From an uncultured Muribaculaceae bacterium (GTDB lineage Bacteria; Bacillota_I; Bacilli_A; RF39; UBA660): a stretch of DNA of 64,000 nucleotides. The notes beneath the pieces are model-generated. The model saw only the letters and a program-made list of their open reading frames with translations, was not told the origin of the DNA and ran no database searches. Numbering within the stretch: position 1 is the first letter of the stretch; every line of letters starts with the position of its first letter. A program made the position numbers and the translations under genes. The stretch spans positions 946 to 64,945 of the forward strand of contig CAYRAF010000001.1 of the NCBI GenBank assembly GCA_964422195.1, written 5' to 3'. This document shows positions 18,209 to 26,949 of this stretch, piece after piece.

Positions 18209-18335
18209 TATAATTATATCATAAAAATTCTTAATTTGTTCAACTAGCTTGTTCTACTAGCTTAAGGTAAATAGAGGTTTCCCGAAGACTTTGTAGCCTA
18301 CCTGTAGCCTACTCGTAGCCTACGACGCTAGAAAC
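18209..18335 (-). repeat. Leader/promoter module copy C, with three tandem 11-bp-period GTAGGCTAC palindromes (18293, 18304, 18315)
   Basis: Seen in the sequence. About 90% identical to copy A over roughly 75 nt, including the extended -10 TGATATAAT and the RBS. Confidence 0.6.
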
Positions 18336-18362
18336 GTTCAAAAAGAAGATTTTTAGTCATGC

Positions 18363-18388
18363 AAAAAAGCCCGTAATACGGACTTTTT
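18363..18388 (-). terminator. rpsI rho-independent terminator
   Basis: Minus strand GTCCGTATTACGGGC followed by T6. Confidence 0.55.
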
Positions 18389-18410
18389 GAAACATATTGA
18401 ATAGTATTTC

Positions 18411-18833
18411 CTATCTCTTACTAAATTGTGGTGCACGTCTTGCTTTCTTTAAACCTGGTTTCTTTCTTTCTTTTACTCTAGAATCTCTTGTAATGAACCC
18501 TTCTGCTTTAAGAATTTTTCTAAAACTTGTTTCACTTGTTGGATCAGTATCTTTATCCATTTCAAGTAAAGCTCTAGTGATTCCTAAACGAATTGCTCCT
18601 GTTTGACCTGAGAATCCTCCACCTCTAACATCTACTTCTACATCAAAAGTTTCATTTGTATTAGTAGCAACTAAAGGTTGAGATAAATCCATAACTAAAG
18701 TTTCATAAGGTAAATATTCATGAACATCTTTACCATTAACAGTAATCTTACCAGATCCTGGGATTAATTTAACTCTAGCAATACTAGCTTTTCTACGTCC
18801 AGTTCCAGTATAAACATTTTTATCTTTTGCCAT
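18411..18833 (-). CDS. rpsI: 30S ribosomal protein S9
   Basis: Canonical S9 sequence, C-terminal ...[11 protein letters not shown]. Confidence 0.95.
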   Translation of the reverse strand: MAKDKNVYTGTGRRKASIARVKLIPGSGKITVNGKDVHEYLPYETLVMDLSQPLVATNTNETFDVEVDVRGGGFSGQTGAIRLGITRALLEMDKDTDPTSETSFRKILKAEGFITRDSRVKERKKPGLKKARRAPQFSKR

Positions 18834-18848
18834 AAATAAACCCTCCTA

Positions 18849-19277
18849 TTATATATCCATTTCTTCTGGTTTTTGTGCTGTATGTGGATGATTTTCATTT
18901 TCATATACAAATAATTTTTTGTACATTGCTCTTCCTAAACGGTTATGAGGAAGCATTCCTTTAACAGCTCTTTCCATCATTTCAATTGGATATTTTTCTT
19001 TCATAACTTTAGCAGTTCTTTCTCTAAGTCCACCTGGATACATAGAGTGATTATAATACATTTTCTTTTCTAACTTGTTACCAGTTAAAGCAACTTCTTT
19101 TGCATTAACAATTATTACATAATCTCCACAATCAATATGTGGTGTATATGTAGCTTTGTGTTTACCGCGAAGTATTACAGCAGCTTTTGATGCAACTCTA
19201 CCTAATGGTTTACCTTTAGCATCTATAACATACCATTTACGTTCAACAGCTTCTTTTTTTTGCATAAAACTTTTCAT
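18849..19277 (-). CDS. rplM: 50S ribosomal protein L13
   Basis: Canonical L13 ([17 protein letters not shown]...). Confidence 0.95.
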   Translation of the reverse strand: MKSFMQKKEAVERKWYVIDAKGKPLGRVASKAAVILRGKHKATYTPHIDCGDYVIIVNAKEVALTGNKLEKKMYYNHSMYPGGLRERTAKVMKEKYPIEMMERAVKGMLPHNRLGRAMYKKLFVYENENHPHTAQKPEEMDI

Positions 19278-19297
19278 ATTATTTCTCCTTCTTAGTT

Positions 19298-19320
19298 TTA
19301 ACTCTCCGGAACAGAGTTAA
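19298..19320 (-). promoter_or_regulatory. rplM leader hairpin (TTAACTCT-gttccgg-AGAGTTAA). Possible L13-leader-type autoregulatory element.
   Basis: Perfect 8-bp inverted repeat in the 5' UTR, 10 nt upstream of the RBS. Confidence 0.3.
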
Positions 19321-19354
19321 TTAATAATTGGGATTTCTAAATGTACCGATTAAG

Positions 19355-19383
19355 ATTATACTAAATATATGATTGAAAGTCAA
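19355..19383 (-). promoter_or_regulatory. rplM-rpsI promoter: TTGACT-17 nt-TATAAT (consensus)
   Basis: Seen on the minus strand. Confidence 0.55.
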
Positions 19384-19452
19384 TAAATTTTCTATGATTT
19401 TCCTTAATTTTAAGTATTTTGTGCTATAATGATAAAGGAAGGTAGTGATAAA

Positions 19453-20082
19453 ATGGCATCTGCGATTATACATATTGCTGTAGCAAATGAGTTAAATAAA
19501 AAACTTAAACGTAATAGCTCTAAATTACTTATTGGTACCATCGCACCAGATATTTCTAAAGAAATAGGACAAAATAAAGTTAAAAGTCATTTTTTAGATA
19601 GTAAAGATACTGATATTCCGAATATTAAAAAGTTTTTAAATAAATATAAAAATAATTTAAATGATGATTTTGTATTAGGATATTATATTCATCTATATAC
19701 TGATTATCTATGGTTTAAGTATTTTGTTACTGAGTTTATACATGATAATATGATAACAAAATTAGATGGTACCCCTGTTAAAATAACAGATAATATGGCA
19801 ACACTATACATATATAATGATTACACAGATATGAATGTAAAAGTAATTGATGCTTTTAATTTAGATTTAAAAATCTTTTACAATGAAATTCCTATTCTAA
19901 AAGATATTATAAAAGAAATACCAATGAAAAATATAGATATTATTGTAAATAAGATAGGAAAAATAATAGAGGCATCTAAAGATAAAAAGAATTTAGTATT
20001 TAATATTGATAATATTAAACAGTTTGTAAGCACCTCAATTGAGTTGATAGAAGCAGATTTAAAAGATTTAAATATATTATAA
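19453..20082 (+). CDS. Hypothetical protein, possibly a metal-dependent hydrolase-like protein
   Basis: Start moved to the second ATG, which has an AAGGAAGG RBS and an upstream TGcTATAAT. No secure family assignment. Confidence 0.45.
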   Translation: MASAIIHIAVANELNKKLKRNSSKLLIGTIAPDISKEIGQNKVKSHFLDSKDTDIPNIKKFLNKYKNNLNDDFVLGYYIHLYTDYLWFKYFVTEFIHDNMITKLDGTPVKITDNMATLYIYNDYTDMNVKVIDAFNLDLKIFYNEIPILKDIIKEIPMKNIDIIVNKIGKIIEASKDKKNLVFNIDNIKQFVSTSIELIEADLKDLNIL

Positions 20083-20094
20083 AAAAAGGATTAT

Positions 20095-20838
20095 TTAATA
20101 ATCCTTTTTTTTATAATTAACTTTCATTAAACACAATCCACAACTCTTAGCGCAATAAATATGATTTTTATTCTTTCCTTCTAACATTGTTTTTATCATT
20201 TCAGGTTCTATCTTATTCCTACCTATCTTTATTAATGTACCTACCATATTACGTATTTGATATTGCATAAACCCATTACCTTCAAAAGAAAACTCAATAA
20301 TATCTTTTATTCGTTTAATATTTGCTTTATATATAGTTCGGCTATAATCTTGTTTTTCAGTATCCCCACCAACAAACAATTCAAAGTTATGAGTACCTAC
20401 AAAAAATGAAATACCCTTATTCATTTTTTCTATATCTAAACTTTTACAATATTGATAAATATAATCTTTTTCTAAAGGATTAAACTCACCTATATTCAAT
20501 CTATAAATATACTTTTTACTAACTGCATTATATCTAGCATGAAAATCATCAGATACTATTTCAACCTTGATAATATGAATATCATCACTAATATTACTAT
20601 TAATTGCTCTTTTTAGTTTTTCTAAAGTAATATCAATATTTAAATCAAAATGGGCAGTTTGTCCTAAAGCATGAACTCCTTTATCAGTTCTACCAGATGA
20701 ACATATATCAACATGTTTACCACCATTAATAAAGGTTAAAGCATTTTCAATCTCACCTTGAATAGTCTTTAACCTAGGTTGTTTTTGATATCCATTATAG
20801 TTCTTTCCATTATATGAAAAAGTAATTAAATATCTCAT
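20095..20838 (-). CDS. truA: tRNA pseudouridine(38-40) synthase
   Basis: MRYLITFSYNGKNYNGYQKQP...GRTDKGVHALGQ catalytic Asp motif. Confidence 0.9.
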   Translation of the reverse strand: MRYLITFSYNGKNYNGYQKQPRLKTIQGEIENALTFINGGKHVDICSSGRTDKGVHALGQTAHFDLNIDITLEKLKRAINSNISDDIHIIKVEIVSDDFHARYNAVSKKYIYRLNIGEFNPLEKDYIYQYCKSLDIEKMNKGISFFVGTHNFELFVGGDTEKQDYSRTIYKANIKRIKDIIEFSFEGNGFMQYQIRNMVGTLIKIGRNKIEPEMIKTMLEGKNKNHIYCAKSCGLCLMKVNYKKKDY

Positions 20839-20846
20839 ACTAACTC

Positions 20847-21641
20847 CTATACATGTTTATATATATCTTTAATTAAATCCCTAATATCTTTATGATAATG
20901 TAATTTAGCTCCTTTTTTATTAGCCAAATTAGTAAACTTAACTAATTTTGGAACATCAACATTATTACTAATTAAAGTTTCAATATCTATAAATACTTCA
21001 CTAGAATTATATAGTTTAACTTTATTACAATCATCTGCGAATATTACATTTTCTGTATATTGATATAAGAAATCTACATCTTCTGATAAAATAATAATTG
21101 TTTTATGATATTTTTGTCTTAATAAATTTATTAATTTAAGGACTTTTCTTTTATTATTAAAATCTAATCCTTGGGTTGGTTCATCAAGTATTAATATTTT
21201 AGGATTATATATTAACACTGTCCCAAGCATAAGCAGTTTTATTTCACCGGTTGATAATGTATTAAGTTTTCTAAGTAAATATGATTCATCAAGACCAACC
21301 ATTTTTAAAGCATCTTTAATTCTAACAGTGATAGTATTATGTTCATAATTACTATGATCTAAAATACTTACTATATGATGTAATACACTATAATTTAAGA
21401 AACTTTTATCTAAATCTTTTTTTACATAACCAACCATTTTATTGATTTTTTCTTGATTATCTTCATTAACTAATACATCGCCAACACTCACATCCCCAAC
21501 CATAGGATATATATTTCCAACTATCATATTAGCGATATATTCTTTATTTTTTCCAATTATACCTACAATTGATGAATTTATAATAAAGTTAGTATAACTT
21601 AGATTACTTTTATAACCTACATCATTAAATCTTATTTCCAT
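20847..21641 (-). CDS. EcfA-like ABC ATPase paralog with degenerate Walker A, Q-loop and H-loop
   Basis: Walker A is GIIGKNKEY instead of GxxGxGKST. LSTGE signature and ILILDEPT Walker B retained. H-loop His replaced (SED). Confidence 0.65.
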   Translation of the reverse strand: MEIRFNDVGYKSNLSYTNFIINSSIVGIIGKNKEYIANMIVGNIYPMVGDVSVGDVLVNEDNQEKINKMVGYVKKDLDKSFLNYSVLHHIVSILDHSNYEHNTITVRIKDALKMVGLDESYLLRKLNTLSTGEIKLLMLGTVLIYNPKILILDEPTQGLDFNNKRKVLKLINLLRQKYHKTIIILSEDVDFLYQYTENVIFADDCNKVKLYNSSEVFIDIETLISNNVDVPKLVKFTNLANKKGAKLHYHKDIRDLIKDIYKHV

Positions 21642-22417
21642 AATTTATTCACCAACTTTTCTATATCAAAATAAATATCATCAACAAGATCATACATTTT
21701 TAATTTCAATGATAAATCAACTTCAAAAGGTAACTCAATACCTACTTTCAATAATAAACTATCATGTTTTAAAACTTCTTTTGTATCACCAGATATAATA
21801 ATATTCCCATCATGTATTACATAAGTTATATCTGAATATAAAATATCATTGATATCATTAGTAGTATAGATAACAGAAATCTTATCATTAACTAACTCCT
21901 TATATACCCTTGTAAGAACTTTTTTTAAATCATAACTTACATCAATGTTTGTATAATCAATCAGTAATATACTTGGTTTTTTCATTAATGCTTTACAAAA
22001 TTCAACTTTTATAAAATTATCCTTACTTAATCTACTTAAAGGCTTATCTAATAAGTTTTGAATATTAAATAACTCTAGCAAATAATTAAATTGATTATTA
22101 TCTCTTCTACTCACTTCTTCTAAAATATAATCATTAACTCTTTCTGACGAAGTATCACTATCTTTATTTATAAGTCCTATTTTCTTATAATAACCGTATT
22201 TACTTTTTTCATTTAAAGTTACTTTACCTATGGTTATCATGTCATTTGTATGATATATACCACCTAAAATATTAATAAGTGTACTCTTACCACATTTGTT
22301 GGAACCTATAATAGATATTATTTGTCCTTGTTTAATATTCATATTTAGATTGTCAAAAATAGTTCTATTATCAATAGTATAAGATAAATTATTAACTACT
22401 AATAACCCATTATTCAT
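21632..22417 (-). CDS. EcfA-like ABC ATPase paralog with intact Walker A but no catalytic Glu or His and a degenerate signature
   Basis: Walker A GSNKCGKST is intact. Walker B is ILLIDYTN (Glu replaced by Tyr). Signature LSKDN. H-loop TTND. Confidence 0.65.
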   Translation of the reverse strand: MNNGLLVVNNLSYTIDNRTIFDNLNMNIKQGQIISIIGSNKCGKSTLINILGGIYHTNDMITIGKVTLNEKSKYGYYKKIGLINKDSDTSSERVNDYILEEVSRRDNNQFNYLLELFNIQNLLDKPLSRLSKDNFIKVEFCKALMKKPSILLIDYTNIDVSYDLKKVLTRVYKELVNDKISVIYTTNDINDILYSDITYVIHDGNIIISGDTKEVLKHDSLLLKVGIELPFEVDLSLKLKMYDLVDDIYFDIEKLVNKLWK

Positions 22418-22486
22418 ATTTACCCCTCCAAACAGAAGAATATAGTATACTATAAAACTAAAAAAAATGCAATAAAAAAGGAAAAA

Positions 22487-24283
22487 TTATATTTGTTTAA
22501 CTTTTCCTTTATTTTTATTAATTAAATATTCCTTTAATTTTTTATAACCTTTATTTTCTATTTGATCTATTCTTTTATCTCTAACACTATAGATAGCAGC
22601 AAGTTCAGATAGTTTATAAACATACCCATCTAATCCTAATCTTTTACTTAATATATCTTGTGTTCTTAATGCTATATAAATACATTTATTACCAAGATGT
22701 TTGTTTTTATTCTCTTCAACACTTAATTCTACTGGAGTATAGTTTATATATATATTATGTTCAATATTATAAAATCTAGTTAATTCCATCATTTGTTCAA
22801 GTGTTATACATTTATTTTTTTGAGCAGTTGCTAACATTTCATTAACATAAATTTCTTTAAATTTTATGGAAGCATTAGGTTTAGTATTTCCCTCATATAA
22901 CTCTCTTAATACTTCACTATCATATAATTTATTTATACTGGTTACTATTTGATTTATTTTATTAGTAGACACTTTATTATTACTTAACATCACTTTTAGT
23001 CTAGCGTCATATTTTTGTGTTGATGTCTTTAAGGTTTCTTTAAAAACCCAAAAATCATATATTCTATTAATTTGGTCATTTAACTCTTCTATTCTTTTTA
23101 TATCACTAACAGTATATATTTTCTTGCTTAATAATTGTCCAAATTCTAAGATAATCTTTTTCTCTTTTTCAGTATACATACCAGTTACATCAATATATTC
23201 TTCATTAATATTAATATAGTACTTTTCCATATTTATAATGGCACTACGTACATTATCAATTGATTCTTTATCCTCTAATAGTTTTTCTATATTTTTAATA
23301 CTCTTATCCTCTACTACTTCAAATAAATCACTATTATCATCTTCTGTAATAGTAGCATTTAAAGAAATAGTATCATAGTTACTTTGTATACTCTTGATAT
23401 TTTCCATTAATTTTTTATACTTATTATCAAACTTTTTCATCAATTGATCTGTTATAGATAATTCTTCACTTAATATCCTATAACATGCGGCAATATCATC
23501 TTTACTAGTATTTTCTGCATATAATAATTGTTGATATTGATATAAAGCTTCAACTTGCCTTTCGTTAAGTCCTAGCTTATCATAAAACTCTTTTAATGTC
23601 TTATCATTTTCATAAAAAGCAATTAATAATTCATGAAGAGTCATATTTCTCTTATAAGTTTCTTTAAATTTATCATTTAATTGTCTTAATTTGTTTTGAT
23701 CTCGTGCTATATTAGATGGTACTTTAATATTTCTAGAGTTTATATATAAATATCTACTAATATATTGACGTATCCAATAAGTAGCATAAGTGCCAAACTT
23801 AACTTTTTTGGATACATCAAATTTTTGAGCAGCTTTATGAAGCCCTATATTACCTTCTTGTATTAAATCTAAAAAATTATCTTCGCTAGCATATCTTCTA
23901 GCAATGGATAAAACTAATCTTAGGTTAGATACTATCAATTTATCTAAGTATTTACTATCAAATTCTTTTTTTACTGCACATTCTAATTCTTCTTCTGGTT
24001 CTAATAACGGATATCTACTAATTTCTTCATAATACTTTTTAATAGAGTCTTCAGTATAATAATCATCTTCACTAAGCATTTGTTCATTAAATTCTTCAGT
24101 TATAGTTTGATTATCTTTAATAGATACTTTTTCTTCTTCTAATAATTCATATAGCATATCCAAATCATCATCTAAAAACAAATCATCCATCATTTTATTA
24201 ACTTTAGATAACGATATACTTTTATTACCATTCTCTATAATACTATTATCTCTAATAAATTTTAATACTTTTTGTTTATCCAT
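22487..24283 (-). CDS. RpoD-like sigma-70 family factor (598 aa) with a large insertion between regions 3 and 4
   Basis: Region 2 (LDLIQEGNIGLHKAAQKFDVSKKVKFGTYATYWIRQ) and region 4 (LSELAAIYSVRDKRIDQIENKGYKKL) are clear. About 330 aa of unassigned sequence lies between them. Confidence 0.75.
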   Translation of the reverse strand: MDKQKVLKFIRDNSIIENGNKSISLSKVNKMMDDLFLDDDLDMLYELLEEEKVSIKDNQTITEEFNEQMLSEDDYYTEDSIKKYYEEISRYPLLEPEEELECAVKKEFDSKYLDKLIVSNLRLVLSIARRYASEDNFLDLIQEGNIGLHKAAQKFDVSKKVKFGTYATYWIRQYISRYLYINSRNIKVPSNIARDQNKLRQLNDKFKETYKRNMTLHELLIAFYENDKTLKEFYDKLGLNERQVEALYQYQQLLYAENTSKDDIAACYRILSEELSITDQLMKKFDNKYKKLMENIKSIQSNYDTISLNATITEDDNSDLFEVVEDKSIKNIEKLLEDKESIDNVRSAIINMEKYYININEEYIDVTGMYTEKEKKIILEFGQLLSKKIYTVSDIKRIEELNDQINRIYDFWVFKETLKTSTQKYDARLKVMLSNNKVSTNKINQIVTSINKLYDSEVLRELYEGNTKPNASIKFKEIYVNEMLATAQKNKCITLEQMMELTRFYNIEHNIYINYTPVELSVEENKNKHLGNKCIYIALRTQDILSKRLGLDGYVYKLSELAAIYSVRDKRIDQIENKGYKKLKEYLINKNKGKVKQI

Positions 24284-24299
24284 TTGCTAAATCACCTTA

Positions 24300-24581
24300 C
24301 TACTTATTAACCTCATTATAATAACTTCTTTCTGATAAATCCATAGATAGTTTTTCTAAATCATCAACATCACCATAAGAATCAAAAATAACTCTTTCTA
24401 TTTCAAATACTAAATCTTTTAAATTAGTATAATTATTATAGCTTATGTGATATTTATTTAAAATATATTTTTCATTATCATTTAGCATTATACCAGATTT
24501 ACTTTTCTTTAAATAATCTTCATTAATCATAATCAAATCATTTATATCATATTCTTTATTATTTATTATCACTATTATCAC
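24300..24581 (-). CDS. Hypothetical 93-aa protein
   Basis: ORF only. Overlaps the start of the downstream gene. Confidence 0.3.
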   Translation of the reverse strand: MIIVIINNKEYDINDLIMINEDYLKKSKSGIMLNDNEKYILNKYHISYNNYTNLKDLVFEIERVIFDSYGDVDDLEKLSMDLSERSYYNEVNK

Positions 24582-25812
24582 CTAAATTACTAATAGCGCT
24601 TAATAGAGCTAATTTACCATATTCATATGTTAATGATCCCTGTTGATATGCAATATATGGTTCTCTAATAGGGCCATCACAAGATATTTCAATAGATGAG
24701 CCTTGAATAAAAGATCCACTAGCCATAATAACTTGATCATCATAACCAGGCATATCTGAAGGCAAAGCTAAAGCATTAGAATCAATTGCTGAAGCTTTTT
24801 GTATACCTTGAACATACTTAATTAATTTTTCTTTATCTTTAAATATAATATTCTGTACTATATCTACTCTTTCTTCATTATATTTAGGTTCTACTAAATA
24901 ACCTAAATTTTCCAAAACTTTGCTAGTTAAAAGAGCTACTTTTAAACTATTTAAAACTACTGTAGGTGCTAAATACAAACCTTGTAATATATATCGATTA
25001 ATTCCAAGCGTAGGTCCAACTTCATTTCCTTCCCCTGGTAAAGTTAATCTCTCCGCACATAAATCAACCAACTCTTTTTTACCAACTATATATGCTCCAT
25101 TTGGTGCTATTCCACCACCAAGATTCTTTATTAAAGACCCTACTGCTAAATCACAACCTATTTCTATAGGTTCTTTAGTAGTAACAAACTCACAATAACA
25201 ATTATCCACCATAATAATTATATCTCTATCAATTTTCTTAATAAACTTTACTACTTTTTCTAGCTTTTCTATAGAAATACTCTTTCTCGTAGAATACCCT
25301 TTGCTCCTTTGAATTTCAATTACTTTAACCTTTTCTTTACTCAAATAATCTTTTATTCTATCATAATCAAAATCATTATCTTTAAGTTCGATTTCATCAT
25401 ATAAAACTCCAAAAGATTTTAAACTAGATGGATTATCTTTTATACCAATAACTTCGTGAAGAGTATCATAAGGAGTTCCTGTTATACTAAGTAATCTATC
25501 ATTTGGTCTTAGTAAACCAAATAAAGCTACCGTTAAAGCATGTGAACCTGAAATAAATTGACTTCTAACTAAAGCACTTTCACTTTTAAAAATATCTTTA
25601 TAAACATTCTCTATTGCATCTCTACCTATATCATTATATCCATATCCTGTAGTTGAATTAAAGTGTACTTCACTAATATTGTTATCATGAAAAGCTTTTA
25701 ACAGTTTCATACTATTATTCATACAAATACTTTCATATTTATTAAATTCTTCTCTTAGTTCTTTTTCACTTTCATTGATAATATCCATATATTTATTATT
25801 CATTATTATCAC
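24559..25812 (-). CDS. YnbB-like PLP-dependent enzyme (aluminium-resistance / Cys-Met-metabolism lyase family)
   Basis: N-terminal region aligns with the B. subtilis YnbB family. 417 aa. Confidence 0.65.
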   Translation of the reverse strand: MIIMNNKYMDIINESEKELREEFNKYESICMNNSMKLLKAFHDNNISEVHFNSTTGYGYNDIGRDAIENVYKDIFKSESALVRSQFISGSHALTVALFGLLRPNDRLLSITGTPYDTLHEVIGIKDNPSSLKSFGVLYDEIELKDNDFDYDRIKDYLSKEKVKVIEIQRSKGYSTRKSISIEKLEKVVKFIKKIDRDIIIMVDNCYCEFVTTKEPIEIGCDLAVGSLIKNLGGGIAPNGAYIVGKKELVDLCAERLTLPGEGNEVGPTLGINRYILQGLYLAPTVVLNSLKVALLTSKVLENLGYLVEPKYNEERVDIVQNIIFKDKEKLIKYVQGIQKASAIDSNALALPSDMPGYDDQVIMASGSFIQGSSIEISCDGPIREPYIAYQQGSLTYEYGKLALLSAISNLGDNSDNK

Positions 25813-26494
25813 CTCTTAATATAATCAGAGAACCATTTTCTTTATTACCATTTAATATTTCTAAAACCACTTTACTAATCTCATCAGGTTCTATTAATTT
25901 AGCTTGTCCTATCCTTTTCATTTCATTTTTTAAAAATTCAGGATTCATTTCTTTAATAGACTCTGTATTAACATAATTAGGTGCAATTGTATAAAAATTA
26001 TTATTAGGTAGCGCATATACTAAAGACTTTGTTAATTGTATTAATCCTGCTTTTGATACAGCATAATCAATGTTATATTCATTATAAGTATATATACCAT
26101 CTGTAGATGAAATGTTGATGATAATTGATTCATTTAATAAATCTAATCCATTCTTTATTATTAAAAAAGGTCCAACTATATTAGTATCAAGTGTCTTAAT
26201 AAACTCATCTTTAGTTTTATCATAAATATTATTTCCAATATCTATACCTACATTATTTATAAGTAAATCAATATGTTTATACTGTTTTTTTATCTCCTGA
26301 TACATATTTATTATAGAATCTTCGTTAGTAATATCACATTGAAGTACTAATGCTTTATTTTTATAAGTACTAACTAAATTTTTATTATTATAGTATGTAA
26401 TTATGACTTCAAAGTCATTTTTTATTAAAGTATCTACAAGAGTAGTACCTATACCTATAGAACATCCTACTATTAAAGCAACTTTTTTATCCAC
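25796..26494 (-). CDS. SDR-family oxidoreductase
   Basis: VGCSIGIG cofactor motif, YAVSK catalytic motif. Confidence 0.7.
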   Translation of the reverse strand: MDKKVALIVGCSIGIGTTLVDTLIKNDFEVIITYYNNKNLVSTYKNKALVLQCDITNEDSIINMYQEIKKQYKHIDLLINNVGIDIGNNIYDKTKDEFIKTLDTNIVGPFLIIKNGLDLLNESIIINISSTDGIYTYNEYNIDYAVSKAGLIQLTKSLVYALPNNNFYTIAPNYVNTESIKEMNPEFLKNEMKRIGQAKLIEPDEISKVVLEILNGNKENGSLIILRGDNNE

Positions 26495-26546
26495 ACTACC
26501 ACCTCAGATAACATATTATAACATAAAACAAAAAAAAGATAAATAT

Positions 26547-26912
26547 TTATCTTTTTGTAAAAGCATATACTAAAGTTAAATAATTATAGCTAATTATTAT
26601 TAAAAAATATATACTACTATTTAAACTAAAATCATATGAAATACTAGCTAGTGATATTAGCACTAATAAAAAACTCTCTATTAAGCATTTTACTTTTCTA
26701 TATGATTTAGTTTTTATCCTATATAAATCATCAACTATCATGCATGTAAGTATAATTGGGATAATTTTTAAAATCGTACTTAATATAAGATGAAAATTAT
26801 ATATATCATTATTAAATATCATATTAGCTATTATCCCAATTATTAGTACAATACCAAACATTATAGTAAATTTATAATTTCCTATTAATTCATTATCAAC
26901 TTTTTTCTTCAT
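26547..26912 (-). CDS. Small integral membrane protein (hypothetical)
   Basis: Four predicted TM helices. Confidence 0.35.
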   Translation of the reverse strand: MKKKVDNELIGNYKFTIMFGIVLIIGIIANMIFNNDIYNFHLILSTILKIIPIILTCMIVDDLYRIKTKSYRKVKCLIESFLLVLISLASISYDFSLNSSIYFLIIISYNYLTLVYAFTKR

Positions 26913-26949
26913 ATTATCACCTAATTAAAAAGTTGTTTTACAACAACTT

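Noticed and set aside
15931-18335. Integron-like gene cassettes with attC sites
   Set aside because: The repeats sit 5' of each gene and carry a promoter plus RBS, rather than sitting 3' as an attC does. No GTTRRRY/RYYYAAC core pair was seen. No intI-like integrase is in the window.
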